From contig JARFYF010000001.1 of the NCBI GenBank assembly GCA_030265395.1, forward strand, positions 39,884,062 to 39,948,061: a stretch of 64,000 nucleotides of DNA, in the 5' to 3' direction. The notes beneath the pieces were generated by a model that saw only the letters and a program-made list of their open reading frames with translations, did not search any database and was not told where the DNA came from. This DNA is from Rhina ancylostomus (taxonomy: Eukaryota). Below, piece by piece: positions 35,001-46,900 of this stretch. The first letter of the stretch is position 1; the number at the start of each line of letters is the position of its first letter. The translations under genes were made by a program, and so were the position numbers.

Positions 35001-38000
35001 GAACATTAACCTCTGCTCCAATCTTTGGCTTGGTCTGTTCTGAATGAGTTGAACCCTGCCCTCTCTAGCCCAGTTCAGATCCACCAAAATAAATCAGAGG
35101 ACGCAAAGCAAGTAGTCTTGGATCCCAAGCCCAAGTTATTTCAATTACAGGAAAGGAGATGCAAGGAAAAAATATGATCAAATGTAATTGAAATATTACA
35201 AAAGCATCCAAAATCTTTGGGTAAAATGATAACATTTTTATTGAAAATTAAATGCCTAACTGTACCAATTGTTCAGATAATGCCAAAGCTGCAGTTAGAA
35301 AATAAGTCAAATATCTAAAAATAAATATGGAAGAAAGGGCAAGTGTATAGTTTACAGTGGTTAACATTGATTTTCTGTCAAAAGAAGCTCATTAATTCCT
35401 CGATACACCCTGCACTTTTACTTTAAATAGTTACTGGAGAAAACAAATCATTTAGAATTCGCAACACTCCCAACAGTCAGAGGTGAAGGCATCAGACCTA
35501 GCCTGAGATGTGGTTATGGCTTTATGTCCTTTGTGCTGTTCATGCGATGTCATCTACTGATATAGTACAGGATTCATCATGAGAATCTCCATTTAAGTAG
35601 GGTAACAGAAGCTTGTTATCGCAAGTGGGACCGCATTACAAGAATATTGGAAAATTTCAAGGATGGCTCTTAAACTCACCTAACAAATTATGCAGTTCTT
35701 CCTGTAAATAATGCTAATAGACCATCAGTCCACAGTCAAAACAAAACTTCCATAAATAAAGAGATAAAATATGATTGAGGCTGCTCCCATAGCAACAAAC
35801 TCAAATAAATCATTGTTTTTAAATCCTTACTCTCATACAACAGTCTCAAAGTAGTATATAAAAAACTATTTCCTTGTTTCCTCTCAGCACCCAGCAGAAC
35901 CAAAAGCAAAACTGACTTGAGTCTTTTCAGCAGTGACAGTGAGGTTGGGGGGAGCAGACCAAGACCTGTGTCCAAGGAAGGGCAAGAAGCAATTCCCTTA
36001 ACCGCCAGGCTACAGTGGGCAAGACATCTTGACCCTAAAATGCCCAAAAGCACATATTCTTGGGACAAAGTGATTCACATTTCTCTGGAACACTGCTGAG
36101 GAATTGAAATCAACCAGTACACCCCAGGCTAAGGATGGCTCACAGTGCAAGTGCCCAGCTTAATTTCCAGAGTGACACAAAACCACTCAGTAATGCTGAT
36201 CTCACTTGTAGGAAATCTATTTTCAGTTGCTGAGGAGAAAAAGAAAATAGTGGAATTGATGAAGGCTTGAAACTACAGTGGACCACAATTAATTTGACGT
36301 AGAAATTCCACAATTATTACTAAACTAAAGCACACCTTTTTTGAAATTCTGTATTTGGATTTCCTACCACGACTACAAATCACCATGGAGATTACAATGA
36401 CAAATATTACATGTTTATTAACAAATTAATATAATTTTCAAATAACAAATTATATTTCACAGAAATGCACTTTGCAACTACCAAATTTTGTAAGTGTACT
36501 GTGTACAATAGTATGTGGCACTTGTAGCTCAAGGGTGTTCTTATTGCACAAGTCAATTCGGCTAGGTCCCAATATGTTGAATGGCAACATTAGCTAGAAT
36601 CAAAACAGCACTTCCTTTGCATCACAACACAATCCTTCTAGGTTTTACAATGACATGTACACAACAAGCACTCATAGGCAGGGTGAAAAGCAAAATAAAT
36701 TCTATCATATGACAGGTTAGCATCCCCCGTAGCATCAAAAGCATAAACACAACAAATCCCTCTTCCCCAAATGCTTTCCAAGTTGAATCAAGTTCTTCAA
36801 GATACTGGACACTGGCCCAGAAATAATTTGCATTAGGGCATTTCAGTTTACTATTGACCATCTTGATCATGGGCAAACCACTGTGGTATTCAGTGGTGTG
36901 CACTTTGTCACATGTTGCTGAGTGAGCTCTTCACAGCACCATTGTGGACACACAAAGGACAGTAAGTCAGCCGACAAAGGAGAGATAGAGGTGGTGGGGT
37001 CATGGAGACATTAGCAGTGGAAGCCAATCAGTCCTGAGGGAACCGAGGGGGTGTTGGGAAATCCAATTGAGTCTGGTTTGGGATTGGGTGGGAAACAAAA
37101 AAAAAATCTTTGGGAAATCAGTGGTCGAGGAAGAGGACAAAAGTATGCCAAAATGTGCATTTGGGGGTGCAGGGAAGAGTCCTAAGCACAGGCAGTAAGA
37201 GCTGCATTCCAAGTCAGGTTCCAGCTCCAGACTAGGACCTGCTGATAGAGGCTCCTTTAAATCACACCGTAAACTCAGATTTACTGTAAATCAATGTTTA
37301 ATAAACTGAATGCAATAACAATGGGAGCTTCATACAAGTCCTCATATCGAAAATAATCGTTCTTTATAAAATAATTAAAATTTCACATCTTATAGTAGCA
37401 TTTAGAGATGCATTTTCAACCTGCTCAAAATTTCCATTAACCCATAACCCAATGATACTACATTAAAAATGCCCAAAACAGAAATGATGCAAGTTTGTAC
37501 AAAACATTTGCAGTGCTTTACTACTTCAAAAAGCATTATTCAATGAAAATTTTAATTTGACTAAAATTTGGAAATGTAATCTGGACTGGTGCATTAATCC
37601 ATTACTGATGGAAGTATTTTGTTATTATGGATTTTGTTGCATCAGATTTAAAACTTACCACCAACTGATTAAAAGAATCCTGAAGGTTCCATAACAGTGG
37701 ACTAACTGAGAGACATCCAGTGTGTTGAAACACTGCAAAATTTCAATGATTCTTTTAAACATTTATACCATTCCTCATTTTGAAAGATGACTTGATGTAA
37801 GCCACAGCTGAGAACATTTCTCTAGAGTGAGTGAGTTTCTGGTTGGTCACTGGTGAATTGCAGCAAAGTTTTCTACAGATGAATGAATCCTTTGGCTTTG
37901 TATTTCAGAGCTTTTGTCTGACGAGACGACTTATATCTTTTGATTCCCTTCATTCAAATGTAAGATGGATGGAAGTAATGATATTCTCTATTTAGATTTT

Positions 38001-38289
38001 GTTTAAAAATTCCAATAGTAATATCTGGTTGGTTCACATTCGGACACCAAAGTCCCCAACCCTCAAAAGTCTTCCTGCTCATGTCACTGCCCCTTGACAC
38101 TACACAAATAAAAGCTGAATTCTTCCATTTGGTTTGGCCAACATTCCTCTCTCAACAAAGAGATACACTCAACATTTATTTCATTGCTATTTGAGAGATC
38201 TTTCTGGATATAAACTGAGTTCAGAATTTATCCACAGAGCTCTAAGAAAGAAAGCCTTCATTTATAGAAGGCCTTTCAGAACCCCAGGA

Positions 38290-38655
38290 CAGCACTAAGC
38301 ATTTTACAGCCAATGAGGGACTATACAACAGTGACTGCAACTTTGAATTGTAGGAAATGCTGCAGTCGATTTGTACACAGCCAATTGATGCTGATCGCAG
38401 TATATATTTTGGCTGGCACATTAGGATAGTGCGAACTCCTATGCTCTTTTCCAAATAGTGTCACTGGATCTTGTATTTTCACCTGAGTGAGGAGACAGAT
38501 CTTGATTTAACATCTCATGTAAAAGATTATACTTCTGGCAAATGATCTATTGTGCCAGAATGTCAAACTAATTTTGTTGTGTGTTTGGTGTGGGGCTTGA
38601 ACCTCCAAGAGTCCAGCTCTGATGAGAATGTACCAGCAACTGAACCACAGCTGAG
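38290..38655 (-). mobile_element. Deu-domain SINE (AmnSINE1/SINE3/SacSINE1 superfamily), decayed
   Basis: ccaaatagtgtcactggatc...cacctgag...gatttaacatctcatgtaaaaga resembles the reversed Deu core (tctttcggatgagacgttaaaccgagg). Reversed B box ggggcttgaacc. Confidence 0.65.
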
Positions 38656-38885
38656 GCTCATATGTATCTGACCTATTGGCTGTAATAAGAGGTTTTCAAC
38701 CAGAGGTCAACTTTATAATCCCAACATTTTTTTAATTAACCTTAATAGTCATATACAAGCGGTCCCTGGGTAACAAGCAAATTCTGTTTTTACAAATGTC
38801 CGTAAGTCATTTCATCCATGTGTCAAAAAATACACAGAATCACCTGATCTGGTAACCATACCTCCACAGTATTATAGTAAATGGT

Positions 38886-39072
38886 GAAAAAAAACTATGA
38901 TGCTGGAGGAACTCAGCAGGCCAAGGCAGCATCCGTGGAGAAAAGCAGGCAGTCAACGTTTCAGGTCATTGACAGCTTGCTTTTCTCCACGGATGCTGCC
39001 TGACCCGCTAAGTTCCTCCAGCATCATTGTGCTTTTCATCTGGATTCCAGCATCTGCAGTCCTTTGCTTTTC
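38886..39072. mobile_element. Palindromic Penelope-end mini-element with 16-bp TSD
   Basis: atgatgctggaggaactcagc...gcagcatccgtggagaaaagca pairs with tgcttttctccacggatgctgc...gttcctccagcatcat. Flanks tattatagtaaatggt (38870-38885) and tattgtagtaaatggt (39073-39088). Confidence 0.85.
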
Positions 39073-39257
39073 TATTGTAGTAAATGGTATTGTGACTGCA
39101 AATAAGCCACTGGAGGTTGTGCTGGTAGAAGTAAAAGGTCTTTATTCTGCACAAGCAGGTCTTCTGAAGAATCTGTTTCTGCTCTCCATTTCCTGACACA
39201 CTGCAGTACAGTGAGGTTTTATATTTTTCAAACACAAAGACAACAATAAGCGATTAA

Positions 39258-39469
39258 GACAGGAGATGAGACTGCAGATGCTGGAATCTGGAGAAACAAT
39301 TTGCTGGAAGAACTCAGCAGGTCAAGCAGCATCTGTGGGAGGAAACAAATGATCAACATTTCAAGTTGAAACCCTGCATCAGGACTTTGACCCAACACGC
39401 TGACAATTCCTTTCCTCCCACAGATGCTGTTTGACCGCTGAGTTCTTCCAGCAGATTGTTTATTACTTT
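39258..39469. mobile_element. Palindromic Penelope-end mini-element with 13-bp TSD
   Basis: Inverted arms gctggaagaactcagc.../...gctgagttcttccagc. Flanks aataagcgattaa at 39245-39257 and 39470-39482. Confidence 0.85.
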
Positions 39470-39819
39470 AATAAGCGATTAAAGATGGTTTCAATGGTTA
39501 TAATTTAACTTTTTTAAAGTTAAATAAATTTAACCTATTTAACTTTAGCATTTTGAGTATGGACAGGTAACGTTGCAGAATTACATATTTACAAAGGGAG
39601 CACATCCCAGCTGACAGAATCCCTTTGAATATTCGAATACCGGTGGCTGTTCCGAAGGTTTCTGAGCACAAAACCCCAAACACCCAAAATATAACTCTTT
39701 TGTTAGTGCTCTGGCAGGGCTCCCTGAATGTACAAGTAGCCAGAATATTAATTTACAAAACAGATATGTACTGACCCATGTATTAAATGGTAGGAATATA
39801 TCTTTATCTACCATGGGCA

Positions 39820-40228
39820 GGCACAGTAGTGTAGTAGTTAGCATAACACGAGCCAGTGACCCGGGTTCAATTTCATCCGCTATCTGTAAGGAGTTTGTAC
39901 ATTCTCCCAGTGTCTGCGTGGGTTTCCTCTGGGTGCTNNNNNNNNNNNNNNNNNNNNNNNNNNNNNNNNNNNNNNNNNNNNNNNNNNNNNNNNNNNNNNN
40001 NNNNNNNNNNNNNNNNNNNNNNNNNNNNNNNNNNNNNGCGTGGGTTTCCTCTGGGTGCTCCAGTTTCCTCCCACATTCCAAAGACGTACAGGTTAGGAAG
40101 TTGTGGGCATGCTACGTTGGCACCGGAAGCATAGCGATACTTGCGGGCTGCCCCAGAATACTCTACGCAAAAGATGCATTTCACTGTGTGTTTCAATGTA
40201 CATGTGACTAATAAAGACATCTTATCTT
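39820..40228 (+). mobile_element. tRNA-derived V-core SINE (split by an assembly gap)
   Basis: Head ggcacagtagtgtagtagttagc, B box gggttcaatt, tail gtgactaataaagacatcttatctt. Confidence 0.9.
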
Positions 40229-40804
40229 AACAATGCGTTAATACAGGAGCTGGCCACTTAATGCCTTTCCTGATCTCATCATGGGGTTTTCAATAAGGGC
40301 CAGTTGACATGAACATTTACTTATTGTCTTCCTCGACCTATTTACAATGGTAAAGAATTAGGATGTCACATGCTCAAATGGCCTTTAAGGTTTCAAAAAC
40401 CTTGAAGTATTCGTGGAAGTTACACTGTTTCATAAAATATTGTTGCATAAGTATCAATTGCCTTGCAGTTTCCAAAGCAAATCTCTGAAATGGCCTCCCA
40501 AAGTAAAACAGGCAGCCTGTGTTCTTAAGAAACAATGGTGGCTGATTATTGTGGGGAAATTACATGTAAACAAGTTTTTTCTGAAGACTCATTCTCATTC
40601 AAATTAACTAATATTTATGGGCACTCAATCGAATGTACAGATTTCAATAAAGCAAGCATTCGTAACCTGGGGAGAACCTGTAATTAGCATCTATTTGATT
40701 ACTACACATAAATTGAATAGCAAGGTTATCTTTATATTATTAAAGATTATTTTAACAGGAATCAGAGTAAAGATCTTGGCAGAGTAACTGGCATTACTAA
40801 TGCA

Positions 40805-41330
40805 ACTACTCAGTGCAGGAGCCTAAAATGGTTGGAAGTAATTGAATGGTGTGGATGAACAAAAGGGTCCTTGCACAATGTCCACAGATCCTGCAAGGGA
40901 GAAGGATAGGTCAATAGTGTGGTTAAAAAGGCTTGTGGGATCTGTTCCTTTATAACCCAGAGTACAAGACAGGAGGTCATGCTAGAATTCTTTACAACAC
41001 TGGTTAGACCACAGCTCAAGTCTTGTGCATATTTCTGATGATCACATTAAAAGCAAGATGTGATTGCACCAGAGACAGATTTTCAAGGATGTTGCCAGGA
41101 CTGGATAGAGCAAATAGGAAGAACCAATTTCCAATTGGTTAGATGGTTTGATGTAATTGATGCAATGCCTGGACATCTGCTGTAGAGACATCACAAACCA
41201 GGATGCAGAGTTTTAAAATAATTGGAAGAATGGTTAGTGGGGTGATGAAGAAAATGTTTTCACCCAGAGAACAGTAGGGGTATGGAATTCACTGCCCAAA
41301 AGTGGTAGAGGCGGAAATCGTCAAGACATC
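40805..41330 (+). mobile_element. CR1 LINE 3' fragment
   Basis: gtggttaaaaaggc...acactggttagaccacagct...gatgttgccaggactgga...tttcacccagaga...tggaattcactgcc. Confidence 0.75.
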
Positions 41331-41334
41331 CATA

Positions 41335-41495
41335 CAGGTGACCCCCACTTTAGAGAGGGTTTCATTTCCAGAAAATCATCTGTATCGTGATTTTCTGTAA
41401 CACAAACCCACTTTCTCTATTGACTGCATGTTATAAGAGGAGATGCATTCCTATGGGATGTTTTTTCTGTCATTGCTGATAAAATGGCTTAAAAC
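41335..41495 (+). mobile_element. Tigger-like DNA transposon left end
   Basis: TA|caggtgacccccacttt... is TIR-like and truncates the CR1; no right TIR was found. Confidence 0.4.
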
Positions 41496-41594
41496 AAAAA
41501 AGTGACCCACAACTGTTATTTAACTGCTGAGGCCAACATTAGACTTGGGAGATGGACAGGGCTAATGCAATGCTTGAGTTGGCAGTCACAGCAG

Positions 41595-42092
41595 AGTCCC
41601 TCCTGGTTCCATCCACCCACTACAAACACACACACACAGTTCACCCACAAGTTTCCACCCCACCCCCCACCATCTGTTCTGGTTCCATCTGCCATTCACC
41701 TCTCCTCTAATGGCTCCCATTCTCACGTCCTTTACTAATCAGATTCTAACACTGGTAGCCCTTTGTGTTCCATATATATTTCTTCCCTCTCTTTCAGTCT
41801 GCCTACATCAACCATTCACCTCTCACTGTCTCCCAGCTCCACCCCTGCTCACCTCCCCTACCTGGCACAACCTGCCTGTCATTTTACACCCCTCCTCAGT
41901 CCACCAATCACCTTGAAATCCTTTCTCACCACTCCCCTTCTCATCTTTATACTGGTCATCCCGCCTCTCCACTCTCAGCCCTGATGCAGGGTTTTGACCC
42001 AAAACGGTGACGNNNNNNNNNNNNNNNNNNNNNNNCCCCCCCCACAGATGCTGCTCGACCCACTGAGTCCCTCCAGCAAATTGTTCGTTGCT
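41595..42092 (+). mobile_element. Penelope-like 3' UTR and end
   Basis: Pyrimidine-rich UTR ending ctgatgcagggttttgacccaaaacg...cacagatgctgctcgacccactgagtccctccagca. Confidence 0.8.
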
Positions 42093-42770
42093 TTTATATA
42101 TGTCCACTATAATGTGAATTCATCAATAGTTCTGTCCTAATATACAAGTTACTGTAAAAGGTATATATAATATTTGCACAGATTCCATTGTGACAGGAAA
42201 AAGATGTTTGAAAATTAAGTTTAAGCCATTGATTATCAGAACAGATTTTTCTTTAAAAAAAGAGATGCAGACCATATGAGACAATATCTGGAGAACCTTG
42301 CTCAAAAGCCTCCACCTGCAGAGCAGGCTGCTCTAGGAAATTTGCAGGCTTGGAGACATTCTGAAAAGAAAGGCACTCCTTTACAATTGCTGTTTATAAT
42401 GTAGTATGAAGATGAGAGAATTTCAATCATCACGAAGCTGAGGTAGTTTACTTCATTAAGTTGATAAGTCAGTAAAACAGACAACATAGTTGAATGTTTA
42501 GACATACAGGACTAAATACAGTAACTTCTAATTCTTTATTCTCCTTTGTTAACCTACTTGTTTCATCTTGTGAAAAATCCCTTTGTCTCACTAAATACCC
42601 TTTCCACTCCATTACTGTTTCTTAAAAAATTGTTAGACAGCTTTATAAGTCATTGAACCAAGATCCAGAAATTACAAGTAGTTATCAGTTCTAAGATTCA
42701 ATGCACAATTGTTTGTTAAAGAAAAAGAGAATGATGGAGGAATTAATATCAAATCTCATTAAAAACTTTA

Positions 42771-43053
42771 GATATTTATTTATTAGTCACATGTACATTG
42801 GAACACAGTGAAATGTGTCTTTTTGTTACTGAGAATGTGCTGGGGCAGCCCGCAAGTGTCGCCACACTTGTGGCGCCAACGTAGCATGCCCACAACTCCT
42901 AACCTGTACGTCTTTGGAATGTGGGAGGAAACTGGAGCACCTGGAGGAAACCCACGCAGGCACAGAGGGAGAACGTTCAAACTCCTTGCAGACAGCAGTG
43001 GGAATTGAACCAGGATCACTGGCACTGTAATAGCATCACGCTAACCGCTACAC
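42771..43053 (-). mobile_element. tRNA-derived V-core SINE
   Basis: Reverse complement of the family: tttattagtcacatgtaca...gtgggaggaaactggagcac...gctaaccgctacac. Confidence 0.9.
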
Positions 43054-43608
43054 AAATCCATGAGGAAACTTCATGTTGCAACAGATTTCTAGACCAAGGC
43101 CCAGAAATTTTATCACAAAGCAGATCATTTGTATGTGCTCTGCAATACAATTTAGCATCCGCTGAGGTCTGCGTTTTTTGTTCCATTATGCCATGTATGC
43201 AACACACTAACACAAGAAGATGGCAGACACACACAGTGGCTTCAAAGGCAAGTAATATGGTGCAGGCCATTCATGCAGACACAGAGCTTGACTATAAATG
43301 TGAGGCACAGTGCTGAGAACTAGCCACAGATCCATACACTTAAAAAACTAACACTTANNNNNNNNNNCCACACACACCTTAGACCAGATCCCACACCCCC
43401 AAAGAGATGATGTTGTTAACCCACTCCCCCTGCGTGCCGCCACAATCCACCAGCAGCCTGCAGCATCCCCAATGCACTGAGCCCAGCAAGGAGAGGAAAA
43501 GAACTGAGCATGAGAAACATGCAAGGCCTGTGCAGCAGCACACAAAACTGTGGATTTTGCGTGTAAATTTGCCACAACAAATTTCGCGCTGCCTTGCCTC
43601 ACGTGACA

Positions 43609-43900
43609 GGCATGGTAGTGTACCGGTTAGTGTAATGCTTTACAGCGCCAGCATCCCGGATTCAATTCCGGCTGCTGTCNNNNNNNNNNNNNNNNNNNNN
43701 NNNNNNNNNNNNNNNNNNNNNNCTGCATGGGTTTCCTCTGGGTGCTCCAGTTTCCTCCCACATTCCAAAGACATACGGGTTAGGAGTTGTGGGCATGTTA
43801 TGTTAGCACCGGAAGCGTGGCGACACTTGCGGGCTGCCCCCAGAACACTCTATGCAAAAGATACATTTCACTGTGTGATTCAGTGTACATGTGACTAATA
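43609..43900 (+). mobile_element. tRNA-derived V-core SINE (small internal gap)
   Basis: ggcatggtagtgtaccggttag...ggattcaattccgg...gtacatgtgactaata. Confidence 0.9.
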
Positions 43901-46900
43901 GCGAGATTTTATAATTCTTCCCCAAGGCAGAAGAACTCCTAGGCTCAAATATTTACAAGTTACCTTTTTTCGCAGGACTACTCAGAATTTACAGCAATTA
44001 TTGCCAAAATTAGCAACAATTAACAAAATGCATCATTGAGAACTTCCAATTACAACATACTGATGAATTGAATTCCTTTTGGCCAGAATGCCAGTCTGTC
44101 TGCAAATGACAGAACACTAACTTCAGCTGCATTAGATAGATCCTCAATTTTCTGTTTCTCCAAGAGGGAAATTTTATACTGGCTCACGTCAATATCCCAG
44201 CCACTCACAGATATTTTAATCATTTAACTAAAGGGATAGATTGCGTGGCTGGCCAAAATGGAAAGAACAGTCTTTGAGTCAATTCACACAGGAATGGTAC
44301 TGTGTGCTCCTAAGTTCAAGCTGAAGGACTGTATTAGGTAATGGTGGGGAAAGTGGCCAGCTAATGGCCTTGTTTCTCCTGAAAGTACTTTCCACAACAC
44401 AAAATCTCAAACACAGACATTGTTTACTTGATGTTGCATCTGTAGTGACCATCATATACAAAGTTTTAGAATATTAGATTCAAGAAAGACCAAGGAACAA
44501 AGAACATTGCACAACTCAGTTTTGTTGAACTGCATTTTAAAACATCTGGCTATATTTTGAATGTACTGCTGCAATACCACTACAGTCCTCAAGGATTTAT
44601 AAAAATTCCAAACAACTCAAAGTCGTATTGTACTGGGCTGCGCATTCTGAACCAATGAGATTACAACTGTAGCAGGAGTCTGCACATTAAATCAAATATA
44701 AACCATGAAACTAGTTGCACATTACTTATTTAGGCAGCCTAGATTCAATCTGCTTCCCACATTTATAATTCTCAAATCTGATAAACCAGAGTTATCCAAT
44801 TTATTTGATGTGCTCAGCTGGATTCATATCGTGACCACATCCAAATATTACAAGACTAGAAGACACATAATCCACAGAGAAACTTGCTTACTTACATTTA
44901 TTTGGTACTATTCTGGATCGCTGTACCTCTCAGCTTGCACCAATGCATCAATATTTGAAGCTTATGGCTGGTTCAAGGCCAATCTTGATAAAAGATGGAA
45001 GACAATAGGTACAGATAGATTGTTTCCCACAATTGATGGGTCAGGAACAAGGGCCCAATGCAACAAGAGGTACTTATCACTGCTAAGTTTTGTACCTCAA
45101 CTGCTTACCCTGAACATGAACTCTTGCGTGTGCACGTGTAATAATAGTTCTACAGAGATACAGAAGAAGGCTTTACAGACCCTCTTACCAGTTAAAGCCA
45201 TTGAATCTCCTCCTTAAAATTCAAAACTACATTTACATTTAATCTTGTTGCATTGGACCCCCGTTCTTGACCACAGGAAACAATCTGCTTCCATCTACCC
45301 CATTCCATCTTTAGTTTCTATTCTTTCACTAAACTGTGTCAAGTGGGGGACAAAATGAACCCCAGCAGAAAGATGATGTGGAACTGAGAGCATCAGACAT
45401 CAAGTTTGATACCCCACTGCAAGACTAAGAATATTTTTGAAGGAAGATTTTGTGTGACACTTCATTCTCCAAGCAAGCATAGGGGAGATCTTCTGCTATT
45501 GATGGTGAAACTACAGAAAGAGCTTTCATGCTAAATTTAGTGTGTTTATGTTATTCCCTGCCTAGGGCTGCACAACATTAGTCCTCAGCAGAGATTAGAG
45601 AAAAGCCTTCAGTGTTCTGTACGAGCACAAAACTCAAAAGTCACACAAAGAAAAAAGCACTTTGGAAGTGTTGGATGGTTTTATATTTAATTGAAGTTTT
45701 GCATAGTCCATGTACAAAAACCATACACTTCAAGTTCTACAAACTCGGATGGAAATTTAGTCATCCTGCCAAAAGTAAATAATTGTATGAAGCACTGAGG
45801 CATTGATTTGATAAGGAGTCATGGGAGAACCACAATACTTCACTGTACAATTCATAAATGAAAGCCATTCCAACTAGGGAAAATTCATGCTTTGATATTA
45901 CTGGGAACGTGAACAACTACACACAGTAAAATCCAACTGCACACATTTCTCTTGCGTATCATACAGATCTGCCCAAAATTAATGTAAAACAAGCCTGGTT
46001 ATGCAATGGTGGTTTGGGACTGAACTACCAATAGCAATTTGTAAAATAAATGTGCAGAGAATTTTCTATTTAAAGTTAGCCTCGTTGAGCTCCACACTGC
46101 AAAGGAAGTTTATACTATCTAACTGAATGGAAACTGCACAAGAGAAATGAATTCCTCTCCTCCCCCTCCCATGCACAAATGCATATCAAGAATGTTATAA
46201 ATATTACTTTAATAAGGCAGGAATCATGGACAGGAAACAGGAACAAACAACTCTAGAAAGGTAAGCAGCTTAAAAATTATTCCTTCCACTTCTGTCAGCC
46301 ACGTAGCTCATCTCCAAAGAGAGCAGCACATTCTACTAAATGACTTGCAAATACAATTTATTTAAACTACAAAATGTGGTAATTTGTTCTAGTAAATTTG
46401 TAAATGTAAAATTATTATTGGCATATCTGATTGTACCTCAAAATTTATTGTGGATTAATACTACAGACACAGTTTAAATTGTTTCTTTATATTGATAGAA
46501 GTATTCCAAATGCTTTAGAAAACTACTGCACAAAGAGTTATCCAGAATAAATAACTTGAGTCTTAATGAGATGGTTTATGCCCTGGAAGAAATGGTTTTA
46601 ACCAGGGTTGTATCAAGGTCACTATGCTACAAGTGATTAGAATTTTAATACAAAAGTAACAACCAGAAGCCACAAAAAGCTGATTTCTGGTCATAAATGG
46701 CTCATTAATTTTTACTTTAAATAAGAAAGTACTTCTCTTTTTTCCTTTGACTTTACATAAGTTTTAGTTCAAAAAGAACATCTCAGCTCAAAGAGAATTT
46801 CCTTTAAGACACACAGCTCAATTTTTTTCTGTGACTTGCTGCAAAACTGCCAAGCACTGTACTTAATTCAGTACGAACACATAATTCTTTGAGGAAATCC

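Larger units (their letters stand above)
38756..40680. mobile_element. Non-autonomous Tc1/mariner (Tigger/pogo-like) DNA transposon remnant hosting three younger insertions
   Basis: TA|caagcggtccctgggtaacaag at the left end and ttcgtaacctggggagaacctg|TA at the right end form degenerate TIRs with TA on both sides. Confidence 0.6.

Noticed and set aside
39916-40058. Repeat gcgtgggtttcctctgggtgct on both sides of a gap
   Set aside because: Same contig-overlap artefact within a single SINE copy.
44705-45217. 170-aa ATG-initiated ORF
   Set aside because: It incorporates CR1 debris (DRLFPTIDGSGTRA) and runs into a reversed CR1 fragment; no coherent protein family.
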